This document shows, in pieces, positions 48,637 through 60,231 of a DNA stretch of 64,000 nt. The stretch lies in the NCBI RefSeq assembly GCF_044324785.1, contig NZ_CP172127.1. One strand, given 5' to 3'. The translations under genes were made by a program, and so were the position numbers. This stretch comes from Escherichia coli (GTDB lineage: Bacteria; Pseudomonadota; Gammaproteobacteria; Enterobacterales; Enterobacteriaceae). Position 1 is the first letter of the stretch, and each line of letters starts with the position of its first letter. The notes under the pieces were generated by a model. That model saw only the letters and a program-made list of their open reading frames with translations. It ran no database searches and was not told where the DNA came from.

Positions 48637-49086
48637 CTAATGAAAAAAACGCGTATGCCTTTGCCAGACAAGCGTTATCGCTATTGCTGCAAGAATCCCA
48701 AAGAAGCCGATAAAATAGTAATAGAGTGTTAATGCACCTGTAACAGCGCAACGAACCGGACTCCACAATTCTTCGCTATGGCATTTTCCTGCCAGTTCAA
48801 GGAGCTTATTTCGTCCATGCGAGATAATGCCTGACCATAAAACAATCATTAAGCAACTTATTACCCAAATGGGCCGTTCACTCATTAATGCGGCATTCAC
48901 GATGATCACCAGGGCCAACCCTGTCAACGTCATCATAATGATAAAACGGTGAGAACCAGGATCAACATTAAATAATAAACCGGCCAGCATACTGATTAAA
49001 AACATCGCGCCCGCAGTGCTGAACACAAGGATAATGGCAGATACAGGAAGTGACTGCTCCCCGTCCTGTCGGGCGAGGCTTCCCAC
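48637..49086 (-). pseudogene. ybhM: ybhM (BAX-inhibitor/YccA family), C-terminal fragment; upper boundary approximate (about 49030)
   Basis: Minus-strand ORF whose TM-rich sequence continues the N-terminal fragment at 50769..51113; separated from it by the tnpA/tnpB element. Confidence 0.65.
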
Positions 49087-49089
49087 TTC

Positions 49090-50259
49090 TTAAGCCGCAA
49101 CCGTCTGTGTGACGGATTTATGCTGGCCTCCATGGGCAGAAACGACGAGTCCCGCCGCTTGTAATTCCAGTATGCCCTTGCGTTTGATGTTGAGCGCCGC
49201 GTTGATATCGCGGTCATGTTCAACTCCACACTCTGGACACTGCCAGATGCGCTTACGTAATGGCATCTCCGACATTTTGTGACCGCAGCAGTGGCAGGTT
49301 TTCGAACTGGCGAACCATTGATCCAGTTTCACCAGATGCACACCTTTCTCTGCTGCTTTATATTCCAGTTTTGTGATGAATCCAGACCATCCAGCATCGC
49401 CTATCGCACGAGCCAGATGGTGATTTTTCATCATATTTGCCGTTTTCAATTTCTCGACAATTACCGCTTGGTTTTCGTCAACAATTGCGCGAGATAACTT
49501 GTGCTGGAAATCGGCACGGGCACTGGCTACCCGTTCGTGAACGGCTGCAAGTTGTATTCTGGCTTTGCGCCTGTTTGCGCTCCCTTTTTTCTTACGGGAC
49601 AGTGCTTTCTGCTTCCGGCGCAGGTTGCGACTTGCATTGATTAGGTGGCGGGGACTGGCAATTTTATTGCCGTCCGATTTGATGACAAAATGCGCCAGCC
49701 CCATATCCAGCCCTGTCACATTTGATATCAGTGCGGGCTTTGCCGGCGCTTCCATCCCGTCGTCACAGAGTAACGACGCGTAGTATTTCCCGGTTGCGCT
49801 GCGGCTCAACGTGATACTTTTCAGCATTCCCGTAATTTCACGATGTAAACGCGCTTCAATCGGCAAGATTTTCGGTATTTTTATCGCACCATCAAGGACT
49901 TTTATGCCAACACAATGATAGCTCGATTGTCTGCCGTGTTTACTTTTAAAGGTAGGTTTACCTGCTTTCAGTTTCGGATTGAAAAAGTTAGAAAAAGCCA
50001 CGTCGAGGTTAATTACCGCCTGCTGCAACGCAATAGAATCATATTCTTTAAGCCATCCATACCGGCGGGATTTCTTCGCCACTGCAAGCAGTGGTTTGAG
50101 GTCTTTACGCGGGTTTAAATTTACGCGGTGCCGCTGGTAAGAATGTTTCTTGATATGCAGAGCTTTGTTGTACGCAAAACGCACTGCACCGAACTGGGCG
50201 TTGATAAATTCAGCCTGTTCTGGTGTCGGGTAGATGCGTACTTTTGTTGCTCTTAACAT
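49090..50259 (-). CDS. tnpB: TnpB (IS605-family OrfB; RuvC-like RNA-guided endonuclease)
   Basis: 389 aa; RuvC-I GLDMG, zinc finger CHCCG...CPECG, RuvC-III HDRDINAALN; apparently intact. Confidence 0.85.
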   Translation of the reverse strand: MLRATKVRIYPTPEQAEFINAQFGAVRFAYNKALHIKKHSYQRHRVNLNPRKDLKPLLAVAKKSRRYGWLKEYDSIALQQAVINLDVAFSNFFNPKLKAGKPTFKSKHGRQSSYHCVGIKVLDGAIKIPKILPIEARLHREITGMLKSITLSRSATGKYYASLLCDDGMEAPAKPALISNVTGLDMGLAHFVIKSDGNKIASPRHLINASRNLRRKQKALSRKKKGSANRRKARIQLAAVHERVASARADFQHKLSRAIVDENQAVIVEKLKTANMMKNHHLARAIGDAGWSGFITKLEYKAAEKGVHLVKLDQWFASSKTCHCCGHKMSEMPLRKRIWQCPECGVEHDRDINAALNIKRKGILELQAAGLVVSAHGGQHKSVTQTVAA

Positions 50260-50315
50260 AATCAGCGCTCATTGATATAATGCTTTTATTTTAACACTTT
50301 AGGTGAATATATCAA

Positions 50316-50741
50316 TTGAGTAATCATGATGATTTACTGGCGGGATTTCTCCGCAAACGACACAGTGTCAGTAAGCTGGTTGTGCACCTTATTTTTACGA
50401 CAAAGTATCGACGCAAACTATTCGACAGTCAGATGATCGCTCAGTTGCGTGAGGCTTTTGGCTCCGCTGCGGCAAAGCTTGAATGCGAAATTATTGAGAT
50501 GGACGGGGAGCCAGACCATGTACACCTGCTGGTGGCCTACCCGCCAAAACTGGCGGTCAGTGTGATGGTCAATAATTTAAAATCGGTATCATCACGTTTG
50601 CTACGCCAGCAGAACGCGCATTTACGTATGCAGAGTAAAACGGGGCTTTTGTGGTCGAGATCGTACTTTGTCTGTAGCACCGGAGGGGCAACGATTGAAA
50701 CGCTCAGAGCCTACGTTCAGAGTCAGTCAACACCTGATTGA
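50316..50741 (+). CDS. tnpA: IS200/IS605-family transposase TnpA (Y1/HUH)
   Basis: 141 aa; HUH motif HVHLLV; C-terminal Tyr in RAYVQSQ. Confidence 0.85.
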   Translation: MSNHDDLLAGFLRKRHSVSKLVVHLIFTTKYRRKLFDSQMIAQLREAFGSAAAKLECEIIEMDGEPDHVHLLVAYPPKLAVSVMVNNLKSVSSRLLRQQNAHLRMQSKTGLLWSRSYFVCSTGGATIETLRAYVQSQSTPD

Positions 50742-50768
50742 TCTTTAAAGCCCTGCGGGCTTTTCGCC

Positions 50769-51113
50769 TTATATCCCCGCCCGCATTGGGCGAGGGTTTA
50801 CGGCGTTTTTCGCTAAACTTGCAACGACAATCGCCACCAAAGAGAGTAAAAACAGATATATTACGCCTGCGATGGCGGCATTTATCTTGTTGATATCCTT
50901 ACTTAAGCCATACATACAAAGTAATAATAACCCTATGGCGACATACATTGGTGGTGAATCATATTTGGTTGCCGTAATTTCGAGATACTTAGCTCCCCAG
51001 GCCAGTCCTGCGGTTGCCACCAAACCTAAAGCGGTAATGAGCCATATACCGTTTAATATCCTGGCCTCGTGCTGAAAATCTAATTTATTGCTGTTTTGCG
51101 AGTATGATTCCAT
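50769..51113 (-). pseudogene. ybhM: ybhM N-terminal fragment; the reading frame runs into the IS end and stops
   Basis: ORF 50769..51140 (-); start MESYSQNSNKLDF at 51113; last codons (NPRPMRAGI) overlie the IS subterminal hairpins. Confidence 0.65.
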
Positions 51114-51318
51114 TCTTTTAGTTGTCCTTAGAAAAAACATTAATATTTACCATCAATAAATTTAAAGCCACGCATACAAAATACTTTTTTATTTATGGAT
51201 ACGGAAAACGCTTCCGCTCGCTCATAAGGCATATTTTATACCTGGTACTTGTTAAGTGTCGTTTTTTCGTAAGAAAAAATCCCGACACATGGCCGGGATA
51301 TTGATGGTGAAAAAAGAA

Positions 51319-52023
51319 TTAACGGCGGTTGCCGAAGATCCGCAGCAACATCAGGAACAGGTTGATGAAGTCCAGATACAAGGTTAACGCGCCAAGAATG
51401 GAATATTTGCGCAGGTTCGACGTGTCGCGGGTATCAATCTGCTCACCCATATTTTTCAGTTTCTGCGTGTCATACGCCGTCAATCCGACAAAGACAATCA
51501 CGCCGATGTAGGTGACTGCCCACATCAATGCTTCGCTTTTCAGCCAGAAGTTGACCAACGATGCCAGCACAATGCCGATTAACGCCATAAACAGCATATT
51601 GCCAAAGCCGCTTAGATCGCGCTTCGTGGTGTAACCGTACAGGCTCATTGCGCCAAACATCCCGGCAGTAACGACGAAAGTACTGGCGATAGAAGCAGCG
51701 GTATAGACAATGAAAATACTGGAAAGCGTAAGACCCGTCAGCGCCGAATAAAGCATAAAGAGCATCGTCGTCACACCTGCGCTCAGCTTTTGAATCATCG
51801 CTGATAACACAATAACCAATGCTAATTGCGCGATGATCAGACCGATTAAAAAGACACGGTTAGTGAACAACAGCTCCATCACGGCCGCGGAATTAGCCGC
51901 ATACCAGGCAACAAATGCGGTCAGCAACAAGCCAACGGTCATCCAGCCATAGACTTGCGCCATATAAGTTTGCAAGCCAGCCCGGGGTTGTACAATTGAA
52001 TCAGAACGTGGGAATCTGTCCAT
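51319..52023 (-). CDS. ybhL: BAX-inhibitor/YccA-family inner membrane protein YbhL
   Basis: ORF 51319..52104 (-); start MDRFPRSDSIVQ at 52023 (234 aa). Confidence 0.85.
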   Translation of the reverse strand: MDRFPRSDSIVQPRAGLQTYMAQVYGWMTVGLLLTAFVAWYAANSAAVMELLFTNRVFLIGLIIAQLALVIVLSAMIQKLSAGVTTMLFMLYSALTGLTLSSIFIVYTAASIASTFVVTAGMFGAMSLYGYTTKRDLSGFGNMLFMALIGIVLASLVNFWLKSEALMWAVTYIGVIVFVGLTAYDTQKLKNMGEQIDTRDTSNLRKYSILGALTLYLDFINLFLMLLRIFGNRR

Positions 52024-52122
52024 GATGATCTCCTGAAGATATAAGGAATATCTTAAGGATACTGCAAAATGATGAGGCTGTGCATCGACGCAGCGTAAAC
52101 GCATGTACTGAGCGGTGAAATT

Positions 52123-52153
52123 GCCGGACGCAGCGGTGCCTTATCCGGCTAAC
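52123..52153. repeat. REP (repetitive extragenic palindromic) element downstream of moaE
   Basis: gccggacgcagcggtgccttatccggctaac closely matches the REP consensus. Confidence 0.7.
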
Positions 52154-52159
52154 AAAAAA

Positions 52160-52612
52160 CTACCAGCGTTTTGCCGCCTGCTGATCGCTCTCCCGAGCTT
52201 CAACCCAGCGGTCGCCTTCCGGCGTGGCTTCACGCTTCCAGAACGGTGCGCGGGTTTTGAGATAATCCATAATAAACTGCCCGGCTTCAAACGCACTGCT
52301 GCGATGCGCACTGGTGACACCGACAAAAACGATTTCATCTCCCGGCCATAATTCCCCGATGCGGTGAATCACCGTGACGCGCCCCAGCGGCCAGCGGTTA
52401 CGCGCTTCATCGACAATTTCTGCCAGTGCTTTTTCAGTCATCCCCGGATAGTGTTCGAGGGTTAATGCTTTGACGCTGTCGCCAAGGTTATGGTTGCGCA
52501 CCTTACCGGTAAAGGTGACTACCGCACCGTCTTCATCACGCTCCGCCAGCCACGGATACTCTTCTCCTACGCTGAATGGCTGCGGGCCGACAACAATTTT
52601 GGTTTCTGCCAT
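52160..52612 (-). CDS. moaE: molybdopterin synthase catalytic subunit MoaE
   Basis: 150 aa recognised as MoaE. Confidence 0.9.
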   Translation of the reverse strand: MAETKIVVGPQPFSVGEEYPWLAERDEDGAVVTFTGKVRNHNLGDSVKALTLEHYPGMTEKALAEIVDEARNRWPLGRVTVIHRIGELWPGDEIVFVGVTSAHRSSAFEAGQFIMDYLKTRAPFWKREATPEGDRWVEARESDQQAAKRW

Positions 52613-52613
52613 C

Positions 52614-52859
52614 TTAACCTCCGGTTACCGGCGGGAAGAAAGCCACTTCGTCGCCGTCAGTCAGCGGATGGTCAAAACTCACCAGCGTCTGGTTGACGGC
52701 AGCCAGCAATTTGCCATCTTCCAGCGCCAGCGCCCAGCGATCGCTCTGCGCAGCCAGATGTTGGCGTAACGCTTCAACGGTTGGGAAATCCGCAGCCACT
52801 TCGGTTGCATCTGTTCCCACCAACTCGCGCACCTGGGCGAAAAAAAGAACTTTAATCAT
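52614..52859 (-). CDS. moaD: molybdopterin synthase sulfur-carrier subunit MoaD
   Basis: ORF 52614..52922 (-); start [13 protein letters not shown] at 52859 (81 aa); C-terminal GG. Confidence 0.85.
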
Positions 52860-53337
52860 CCGCTTCCACCTTAAAGTCACCCGACTTGCCGCCGCTCTTT
52901 GCCAGCAAACGTACCGGACCAATCACCATATCTTTTTGCACCGCTTTGCACATGTCATAAATGGTCAGCGCCGCCACGGAGGCCGCGGTTAATGCTTCCA
53001 TTTCGACACCGGTTTTCCCGGTCAGGCGGCATAAGGTTTCTATACGTACCCGATTGTGCTCCGGCTCGGCCTGTAAATTGACTTCAACTTTGCTGAGCAT
53101 CAGCGGGTGACAGAGCGGGATCAGATCCCAGGTGCGTTTTGCCGCCTGAATACCGGCAATACGCGCAGTGGCAAATACGTCGCCTTTGTGGTGGCGACCA
53201 TCAATAATCATCGCCAGCGTCTCGCTGCGCATGGTGACAAAGGCTTCGGCGCGCGCTTCACGCACGGTTTCCGCTTTGGCGGAGACATCCACCATGTGCG
53301 CTTCGCCAGCGGCGTTGATATGGGTCAGTTGCGACAT
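52852..53337 (-). CDS. moaC: cyclic pyranopterin monophosphate synthase MoaC
   Basis: 161 aa recognised as MoaC. Confidence 0.9.
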
Positions 53338-53339
53338 AC

Positions 53340-53852
53340 TTATTTCTTCAAATGTGGATGGAAATTACACGGACGCGTACGGGCATCCAGCTGCGGCGCG
53401 ATGATATTTTCCCATGCGGTACGGCACGCTTTGGTCGAACCCGGCATGGCGAAAATCAGCGTTTTGTTAGCGACGCCCGCTACCGCACGAGATTGCAACG
53501 TGGAAGTGCCAATCTCTTCAAACGACAACATACGGAACACTTCACCAAAACCTTCAACTTCACGGTCGAACAACGGCAGCAATGCTTCGGGAGCCTGATC
53601 ACCTTCCGTCAGGCCAGTCCCCCCCGTAATCAACACCACTTGTACATCGTCGCTGGCGATCCACGCAGATACCTGAGCGCGAATAGCGTAGCGGTTTTCT
53701 TTCACAATGGCTTTATCGACAACGTGATGGCCCGCTTCTTGCGCCGAATCGCGCAGATAGTGACCGGAGGTATCGTCTTCTTCACCGCGACGATTAGAAA
53801 CCGTAAGAATAGCAATACGGGTCGGGATAAATTCAGTGCTTACCTGACTCAT
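53340..53852 (-). CDS. moaB: molybdenum cofactor biosynthesis protein MoaB
   Basis: 170 aa MogA/MoaB-family. Confidence 0.9.
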
Positions 53853-53873
53853 CTGATCTCTCCTTTTGACGTT

Positions 53874-54863
53874 TTAGCCGCCAATGTACGATAAGTTTTG
53901 CGTAATACCGGTGTTGTTTTGATGCAGGAAATGGGTCTGTTTCTTCTCCCGCAGCGCCGCTGAAATACGCGCTTCCAGCGCCTGTTGCTGGGTATCGTCT
54001 TCCAGCAGATCGCGCAGGTTAACGCCGCCTTCACCAAACAGGCAGAGATGGAGTTTACCAGTGGAGGAAACGCGCAGGCGGTTGCAAGTGGCGCAGAAGT
54101 CTTTTTCATACGGCATGATAAGGCCAATCTCTCCGGCGTAATCCGGATGACAAAAGACTTGCGCGGGACCGTCGCTGCGTTGACGTAATTGGTGGATCCA
54201 GCCGCGACGCAGTAGCTCGTCACGCAGAACCTGACCAGAGATGTGATGCTTACGGAAGAGCTCGCTGCCCTCGCCCGTTTCCATCAATTCGATGAAACGC
54301 AGCTGGATAGGGCGATGCTGGATCCAGTTCAGAAAGGTGTCGAGCTGATGATGATTAACATCACGCATCAGCACGGTATTGACTTTGACCTTCTCAAAAC
54401 CGGCCTCAAATGCAGCATCGATCCCTGCCATGACCTGGTTGAATTTATCCTGCCCGGTAATGGCATGAAACTGGCGAGCGTCAAGGCTATCAACGCTGAC
54501 GTTGATGCCAGTAAGTCCCGCATCGCGCCAGTTCGCCACATCGCGTTCCAGACGGTAACCATTGGTGGTGACCGCAATCTGGCGGATAGCGTCGTTTTCC
54601 CGCACAGCGACGATGATATCGGTAAAGTCGCGGCGTAAAGACGGCTCACCGCCTGTCAGGCGCACTTTTTCGGTGCCCAGACTGGCAAAGGCGCGCGTAA
54701 CCCGGCGAATTTCATCGACGGTAAGAAAGCCTTTATTGGTGACGCCGCTCGGTTTGTAGCCATCCGGCAGGCAGTAGGTGCAACGAAAGTTACACACATC
54801 AGTAATCGACAGGCGCAAGTAGTAAAACTTACGCGCAAATGCATCAGTCAGTTGTGAAGCCAT
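53874..54863 (-). CDS. moaA: GTP 3',8-cyclase MoaA (radical SAM)
   Basis: ORF 53874..54944 (-); start [19 protein letters not shown] at 54863 (329 aa); CxxxCxxC motif CNFRCTYC. Confidence 0.9.
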   Translation of the reverse strand: MASQLTDAFARKFYYLRLSITDVCNFRCTYCLPDGYKPSGVTNKGFLTVDEIRRVTRAFASLGTEKVRLTGGEPSLRRDFTDIIVAVRENDAIRQIAVTTNGYRLERDVANWRDAGLTGINVSVDSLDARQFHAITGQDKFNQVMAGIDAAFEAGFEKVKVNTVLMRDVNHHQLDTFLNWIQHRPIQLRFIELMETGEGSELFRKHHISGQVLRDELLRRGWIHQLRQRSDGPAQVFCHPDYAGEIGLIMPYEKDFCATCNRLRVSSTGKLHLCLFGEGGVNLRDLLEDDTQQQALEARISAALREKKQTHFLHQNNTGITQNLSYIGG

Positions 54864-54869
54864 GTACAC

Positions 54870-55010
54870 CTTTCCAGATACGGGAGGCGAAGTCATTTCT
54901 TCCTTCGCCCTGGTGGCAATCTTTACGAGCATTGTCACGGCCAAAGCACCGTATCAGTTGACCCAGGTGCAGAGGCTAGAGTGTTTAGTGGTTAAGCCGA
55001 TACTAGCGTG
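54870..55010 (-). ncRNA. candidate molybdenum cofactor (Moco) riboswitch in the moaA leader (boundaries approximate)
   Basis: Long leader between promoter and moaA start; placement follows the known Moco RNA motif upstream of moaA; I did not fold it or score a covariance model. Confidence 0.45.
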
Positions 55011-55038
55011 TAAATGAGATTTTTACCATCCACACTTT

Positions 55039-55062
55039 CGCTATGTAATCATGTATATAGCG
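55039..55062. promoter_or_regulatory. candidate ModE operator upstream of the moa operon
   Basis: Inverted repeat cgctatgtaatcatgtatatagcg (CGCTAT ... ATAGCG). Confidence 0.45.
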
Positions 55063-55199
55063 TCATGATCGTGCTATTTCGCTACAGAATAAGGGAAAAT
55101 GGCGGTTTTACTTTGATATACATCATCAGGAAGGCATAGCGTACATCGTCCTTTAGAGGTAGAAGAAAATAGTTTGTATCCTCAATATTGGCAGGTTAA

Positions 55200-56168
<969 letters not shown>

Positions 56169-56169
56169 C

Positions 56170-56198
56170 ACGAAGCCGGAAGAATATTCCGGCTTCGT
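56170..56198. terminator. bidirectional terminator hairpin between convergent ybhK and uvrB
   Basis: acgaagccgg-aagaatatt-ccggcttcgt. Confidence 0.6.
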
Positions 56199-56205
56199 CA
56201 TCTTG

Positions 56206-58227
56206 TCACGACGCGGCAATAAACAACTCACGCAGCTGATGCAACTGGTCACGAATTTGCGCCGCTTCTTCGAACTCCAGATTTTGCGCGTGTTGCATCA
56301 TCAGCCCTTCCAGTTCATGGATTTTCTGCTGCAACGCTTTCGGCGACATATCCATCGGCACATTATCCGGCTCAACAATCGGTCGCGCTTTTCCTCTGCC
56401 CTTCGCTTTGGTTTTGGCAATGTTCTGCCCCAGCGCCAGGATATCGACCACTTTCTTGTTCAAGCCCTGCGGCGTAATACCGTGTTCCTCGTTGTACTTC
56501 TGCTGTTTCTCGCGGCGACGTTCGGTTTCGCCAATCGCTTTCGCCATTGACGGGGTGATCTTATCGCCGTAGAGAATCGCTTTACCGTTAACGTTACGCG
56601 CCGCACGACCAATAGTCTGGATCAACGAACGTTCAGAACGCAGGAAGCCTTCTTTGTCGGCGTCGAGGATCGCCACCAGCGAAACCTCCGGCATATCCAG
56701 ACCTTCGCGCAGTAAGTTGATCCCCACCAGCACGTCGAACTCGCCCAGACGCAAGTCGCGGATAATCTCCATACGTTCGACGGTGTCGATATCTGAGTGA
56801 AGATAACGCACGCGCTCGCCGTGTTCTTCGAGATATTCCGTGAGATCTTCCGCCATTCGCTTGGTCAGTGTGGTGACCAGCACGCGTTCGTTAATTGCCG
56901 CTCGCTGACGAATCTCCGATAGAAGATCATCGACCTGTGTCGCCACTGGCCGCACTTCGATAATCGGATCAAGCAATCCGGTTGGACGCACCACCTGATC
57001 CACCACATCGCCGCCGGATTTTTCCAGCTCGTAATTACCCGGCGTCGCCGAAACATAGATGGTTTGCGGCGCTAATGCTTCGAACTCTTCAAATTTCAGC
57101 GGACGGTTATCCAGCGCTGATGGCAGGCGGAAGCCATACTCCACCAGCGTCTCTTTACGCGCCCGGTCACCGCGATACATGCCGCCAATTTGCGGAATGG
57201 TAACGTGAGATTCATCGACCACCAGCAGCCCATCGGCAGGCAGGTAATCAAACAGCGTCGGCGGTGGCTCACCCGGTCCACGACCGGAGAGGAAGCGCGA
57301 GTAGTTCTCAATCCCGGAACAGTAGCCCAGCTCGTTCATCATCTCCAGATCAAACTGGGTACGCTGGGTCAGCCGCTGCTCTTCAAGCAACTTGTTGTTC
57401 TCCAACAGCACTTTGCGTCTGGCGGCCAGTTCTTCTTTGATCTCTTCCATCGCCTGTACGATGCGCTCGCGCGGCGTGACGTAGTGCGTTTTCGGGTAGA
57501 TGGTAAAACGTGGAATAGTGGAAACAATCTGCCCGGTGAGCGGGTCAAATAACGACAATCGTTCCACTTCCTCGTCAAACAGCTCCACGCGAAGTGCAAT
57601 GTCATCCGATTCTGCCGGGAAGATATCAATCACCTCACCACGAACGCGGAAAGTACCACGCTGGAATGCCTGATCATTACGAGCGTATTGCAGCTCCGCC
57701 AGTCGGCGCAGGATCGCGCGCTGATCGATAATCATGCCGACCGTGAGATGGAGCATCATCTTGAGATATAAATCAGGATCGCCCAGACCATAAATCGCGG
57801 AAACAGACGCCACCACAACCACATCACGCCGCTCCAGCATCGCTTTGGTAGCGGACAAACGCATCTGCTCAATATGTTCGTTTACCGAGGCATCTTTCTC
57901 AATGAAGGTGTCGGAACTCGGTACATAGGCTTCCGGCTGATAGTAGTCGTAGTAGGAGACGAAATACTCCACCGCGTTTTCCGGGAAGAACTCTTTCATT
58001 TCGCCATACAGCTGGGCCGCCAGCGTTTTGTTGGGCGCAAGTACCATGGTAGGGCGCTGAAGGTCAGCAATGACATTGGCAATGGTGAAGGTTTTCCCGG
58101 AGCCAGTCACGCCAAGTAACGTCTGGTGCGCCAGGCCATCTTCCAGCCCCTCTTCGAGACGTCGAATCGCCTCTGGCTGATCGCCAGAAGGTTTAAAAGC
58201 GGAATTCAGTTTGAACGGTTTACTCAT
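56206..58227 (-). CDS. uvrB: excinuclease ABC subunit B
   Basis: 673 aa; Walker A GVTGSGKT; helicase motifs; C-terminal UVR domain. Confidence 0.95.
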   Translation of the reverse strand: MSKPFKLNSAFKPSGDQPEAIRRLEEGLEDGLAHQTLLGVTGSGKTFTIANVIADLQRPTMVLAPNKTLAAQLYGEMKEFFPENAVEYFVSYYDYYQPEAYVPSSDTFIEKDASVNEHIEQMRLSATKAMLERRDVVVVASVSAIYGLGDPDLYLKMMLHLTVGMIIDQRAILRRLAELQYARNDQAFQRGTFRVRGEVIDIFPAESDDIALRVELFDEEVERLSLFDPLTGQIVSTIPRFTIYPKTHYVTPRERIVQAMEEIKEELAARRKVLLENNKLLEEQRLTQRTQFDLEMMNELGYCSGIENYSRFLSGRGPGEPPPTLFDYLPADGLLVVDESHVTIPQIGGMYRGDRARKETLVEYGFRLPSALDNRPLKFEEFEALAPQTIYVSATPGNYELEKSGGDVVDQVVRPTGLLDPIIEVRPVATQVDDLLSEIRQRAAINERVLVTTLTKRMAEDLTEYLEEHGERVRYLHSDIDTVERMEIIRDLRLGEFDVLVGINLLREGLDMPEVSLVAILDADKEGFLRSERSLIQTIGRAARNVNGKAILYGDKITPSMAKAIGETERRREKQQKYNEEHGITPQGLNKKVVDILALGQNIAKTKAKGRGKARPIVEPDNVPMDMSPKALQQKIHELEGLMMQHAQNLEFEEAAQIRDQLHQLRELFIAAS

Positions 58228-58301
58228 GAGTCGCTACCTGAAGGAGTTGGGCGGGCAGGTATGTAATTTTACTCGTCGTACTTAATTATGCCAACAAATT
58301 A

Positions 58302-58321
58302 TACTGGATAAAAAAACAGTT
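58302..58321. promoter_or_regulatory. LexA (SOS) box in the uvrB promoter
   Basis: Minus-strand reading aCTGtttttttatcCAGta fits CTG-N10-CAG. Confidence 0.7.
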
Positions 58322-58623
58322 CCTCACCATAATATTTCTGTTACAGCGTAAACTCCGCTGTCAATCATGAGCAAAATTTACTCTGTGGCGAGATAAAACT
58401 CCGGCCTTACCGGGTTATCCCCAAAGCAACGGCTTTTTTAACATTTGTCAAGATGAGTGATGACAGTTTTATGGCAAGAGATGCCTCTTCAGTGACTGCC
58501 ATTGCAATTATCTAACCAGTTAAAAAATAAAAGATATTTCTTTAAGCCGTCTTTAACGCCAATTCGCGTGCAAGCCGCGTATTCTCTCGCTTGCCTCGTG
58601 TTTTCTAACTCTAATACACATGG

Positions 58624-58646
58624 TTATCCACAGGAATAGTGGATAA
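58624..58646. promoter_or_regulatory. pair of inverted DnaA-box-like 9-mers in the distal uvrB promoter region
   Basis: ttatccaca and its near-reverse-complement agtggataa separated by 5 bp. Confidence 0.5.
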
Positions 58647-58805
58647 CTGTCTGCAGCCCCTATCCCCCGCCGCCTGGGCAATTCCCACATTCATCGCATG
58701 ATGCGGAAGTAAAATTTTTTTCGTGATTATTTTAGAATTTAATTGGTTAAATTGCAGTCAACCGAAGACGCGATCTCGCTCGCAATTTAACCAAATACAG
58801 GATGG

Positions 58806-59483
58806 CTACAGCAAGGCAAGGTTTATGTACTTTCCGGTTGCCGCATTTTCTGGATTTTCTGCAAGCCAGGGGATCTCTCCCAGCAGCGGCGCGGGAATCA
58901 TGCGGGTGAGCGTGGCCATATATTCAGCGTGACGTTTTCCAGGAGGCGTGACATCATTCGCCACCCAACCTGCCAGAGTCAGTCCGGCGTGTTGTATTGC
59001 CTGTGCCGTCAACATCGCGTGATTAATGCAGCCGAGTTTCACGCCAACTACCAGTATCACCGGCAGTTGTTCCTGTGTTACCCAATCCGCAAAAGTGAAA
59101 GTGTCAGAAAGCGGCGTAAACCAGCCGCCAGCACCTTCCACTAACACCCAGTCAGCCTGTTGTTCAAGCGCGCGTAATCCGGCGCTCATTACCAATGATT
59201 CTATCGGCCTGCCCTCTTGTGCGCTGATGATGTGCGGCGAAGTGGGTTCTGCGAAGGTGTAAGGATTTACCGTTGCGTAATCCAGCTGCAGGCTACTGTT
59301 GCGCTGTAACGCCAGCGCGTCACTATTACGTAAGCCTTTCGGGGTCTTTTCGCTGCCAGAGGCGACCGGTTTATAACCTGCCGTCCGATAACCTGCTACC
59401 TTCGCGGCTTGTAAAAGTGCACAACTGGCGACAGTTTTCCCCACTTCGGTATCTGTTCCGGTGACAAAATAACGTTTACTCAC
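58806..59483 (-). CDS. bioD: dethiobiotin synthetase BioD
   Basis: ORF 58806..59489 (-); probable GTG start at 59483 ([17 protein letters not shown]); P-loop. Confidence 0.85.
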   Translation of the reverse strand: MSKRYFVTGTDTEVGKTVASCALLQAAKVAGYRTAGYKPVASGSEKTPKGLRNSDALALQRNSSLQLDYATVNPYTFAEPTSPHIISAQEGRPIESLVMSAGLRALEQQADWVLVEGAGGWFTPLSDTFTFADWVTQEQLPVILVVGVKLGCINHAMLTAQAIQHAGLTLAGWVANDVTPPGKRHAEYMATLTRMIPAPLLGEIPWLAENPENAATGKYINLALL

Positions 59484-60231
59484 GAGCAATTACTCCCAAA
59501 AAAAGATGATACGTCAGAGGATATCGCCCCTGTTGTTGCGGCCAAGCCAGTTGTAATCGCTGCAACTGCGAACGCGTTAATATTCGCGGGTCGCGCCCTT
59601 CATGAAGATGCGTGGCACCGATGCCTTTCAGCGAACGCATGGCACTGAGCGCATCAGCAAACCACAGCGTGATGGGCTGAATATGATGTTGATAATCCAC
59701 GCCGTTCAGCGACTGTTCGATTTCATCTGGCGGTAAAAAGCGATTAGCATGCGGGCGCTCGTCCACCGCCTGCCACGCCTGATGTAATTCAGGGAGCGAT
59801 CCCTGCACCAGCGTGGTAAACGCGACCACGCCTCCGGGGCGCACCACCCGATACAGCTCGCGAAGTGCCGTGGATAAATTACCGCACCACTGTACCGCGA
59901 GATTGCTCCATGCAAGATCGAAGGTTGCAGTCGCTAACGGCAGGGATTCGATATCTCCCGCCAGATAATGGTCTGCGGCATCCTTCTGGCGAGCCTGAAC
60001 AAGCATTGGCGGCGAGAGATCTAACGCCGTCACCTGCGCGTGACGTTCCCGCCAATGGCGGCTCATCCAGCCAGGTCCACAACCCGCGTCCAGTACGTGG
60101 GTGTATTTACGCTGTGGGAGCATTGCCAGTAAGACGTCAGCACTCTGGCGCTGTAACTCTGCGTGTTGCTCATAGTGCGCGGCTGCCCGACCAAATGCCG
60201 CTGCAATGGCTTGTTTATTAACCGTTGCCAT
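59476..60231 (-). CDS. bioC: malonyl-ACP O-methyltransferase BioC
   Basis: ORF 59476..60270 (-); start [13 protein letters not shown] at 60231 (251 aa); SAM MTase motif LDAGCGPG. Confidence 0.85.
   Translation of the reverse strand: MATVNKQAIAAAFGRAAAHYEQHAELQRQSADVLLAMLPQRKYTHVLDAGCGPGWMSRHWRERHAQVTALDLSPPMLVQARQKDAADHYLAGDIESLPLATATFDLAWSNLAVQWCGNLSTALRELYRVVRPGGVVAFTTLVQGSLPELHQAWQAVDERPHANRFLPPDEIEQSLNGVDYQHHIQPITLWFADALSAMRSLKGIGATHLHEGRDPRILTRSQLQRLQLAWPQQQGRYPLTYHLFLGVIARE

Larger units (their letters stand above)
49033..50795. mobile_element. IS200/IS605-family insertion sequence with divergent tnpA and tnpB (ends approximate, +/- about 20 bp)
   Basis: Back-to-back Y1 transposase and TnpB genes; subterminal hairpins at 50749-50761 and 50779-50793; sits inside the ybhM reading frame. 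Confidence 0.7.
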
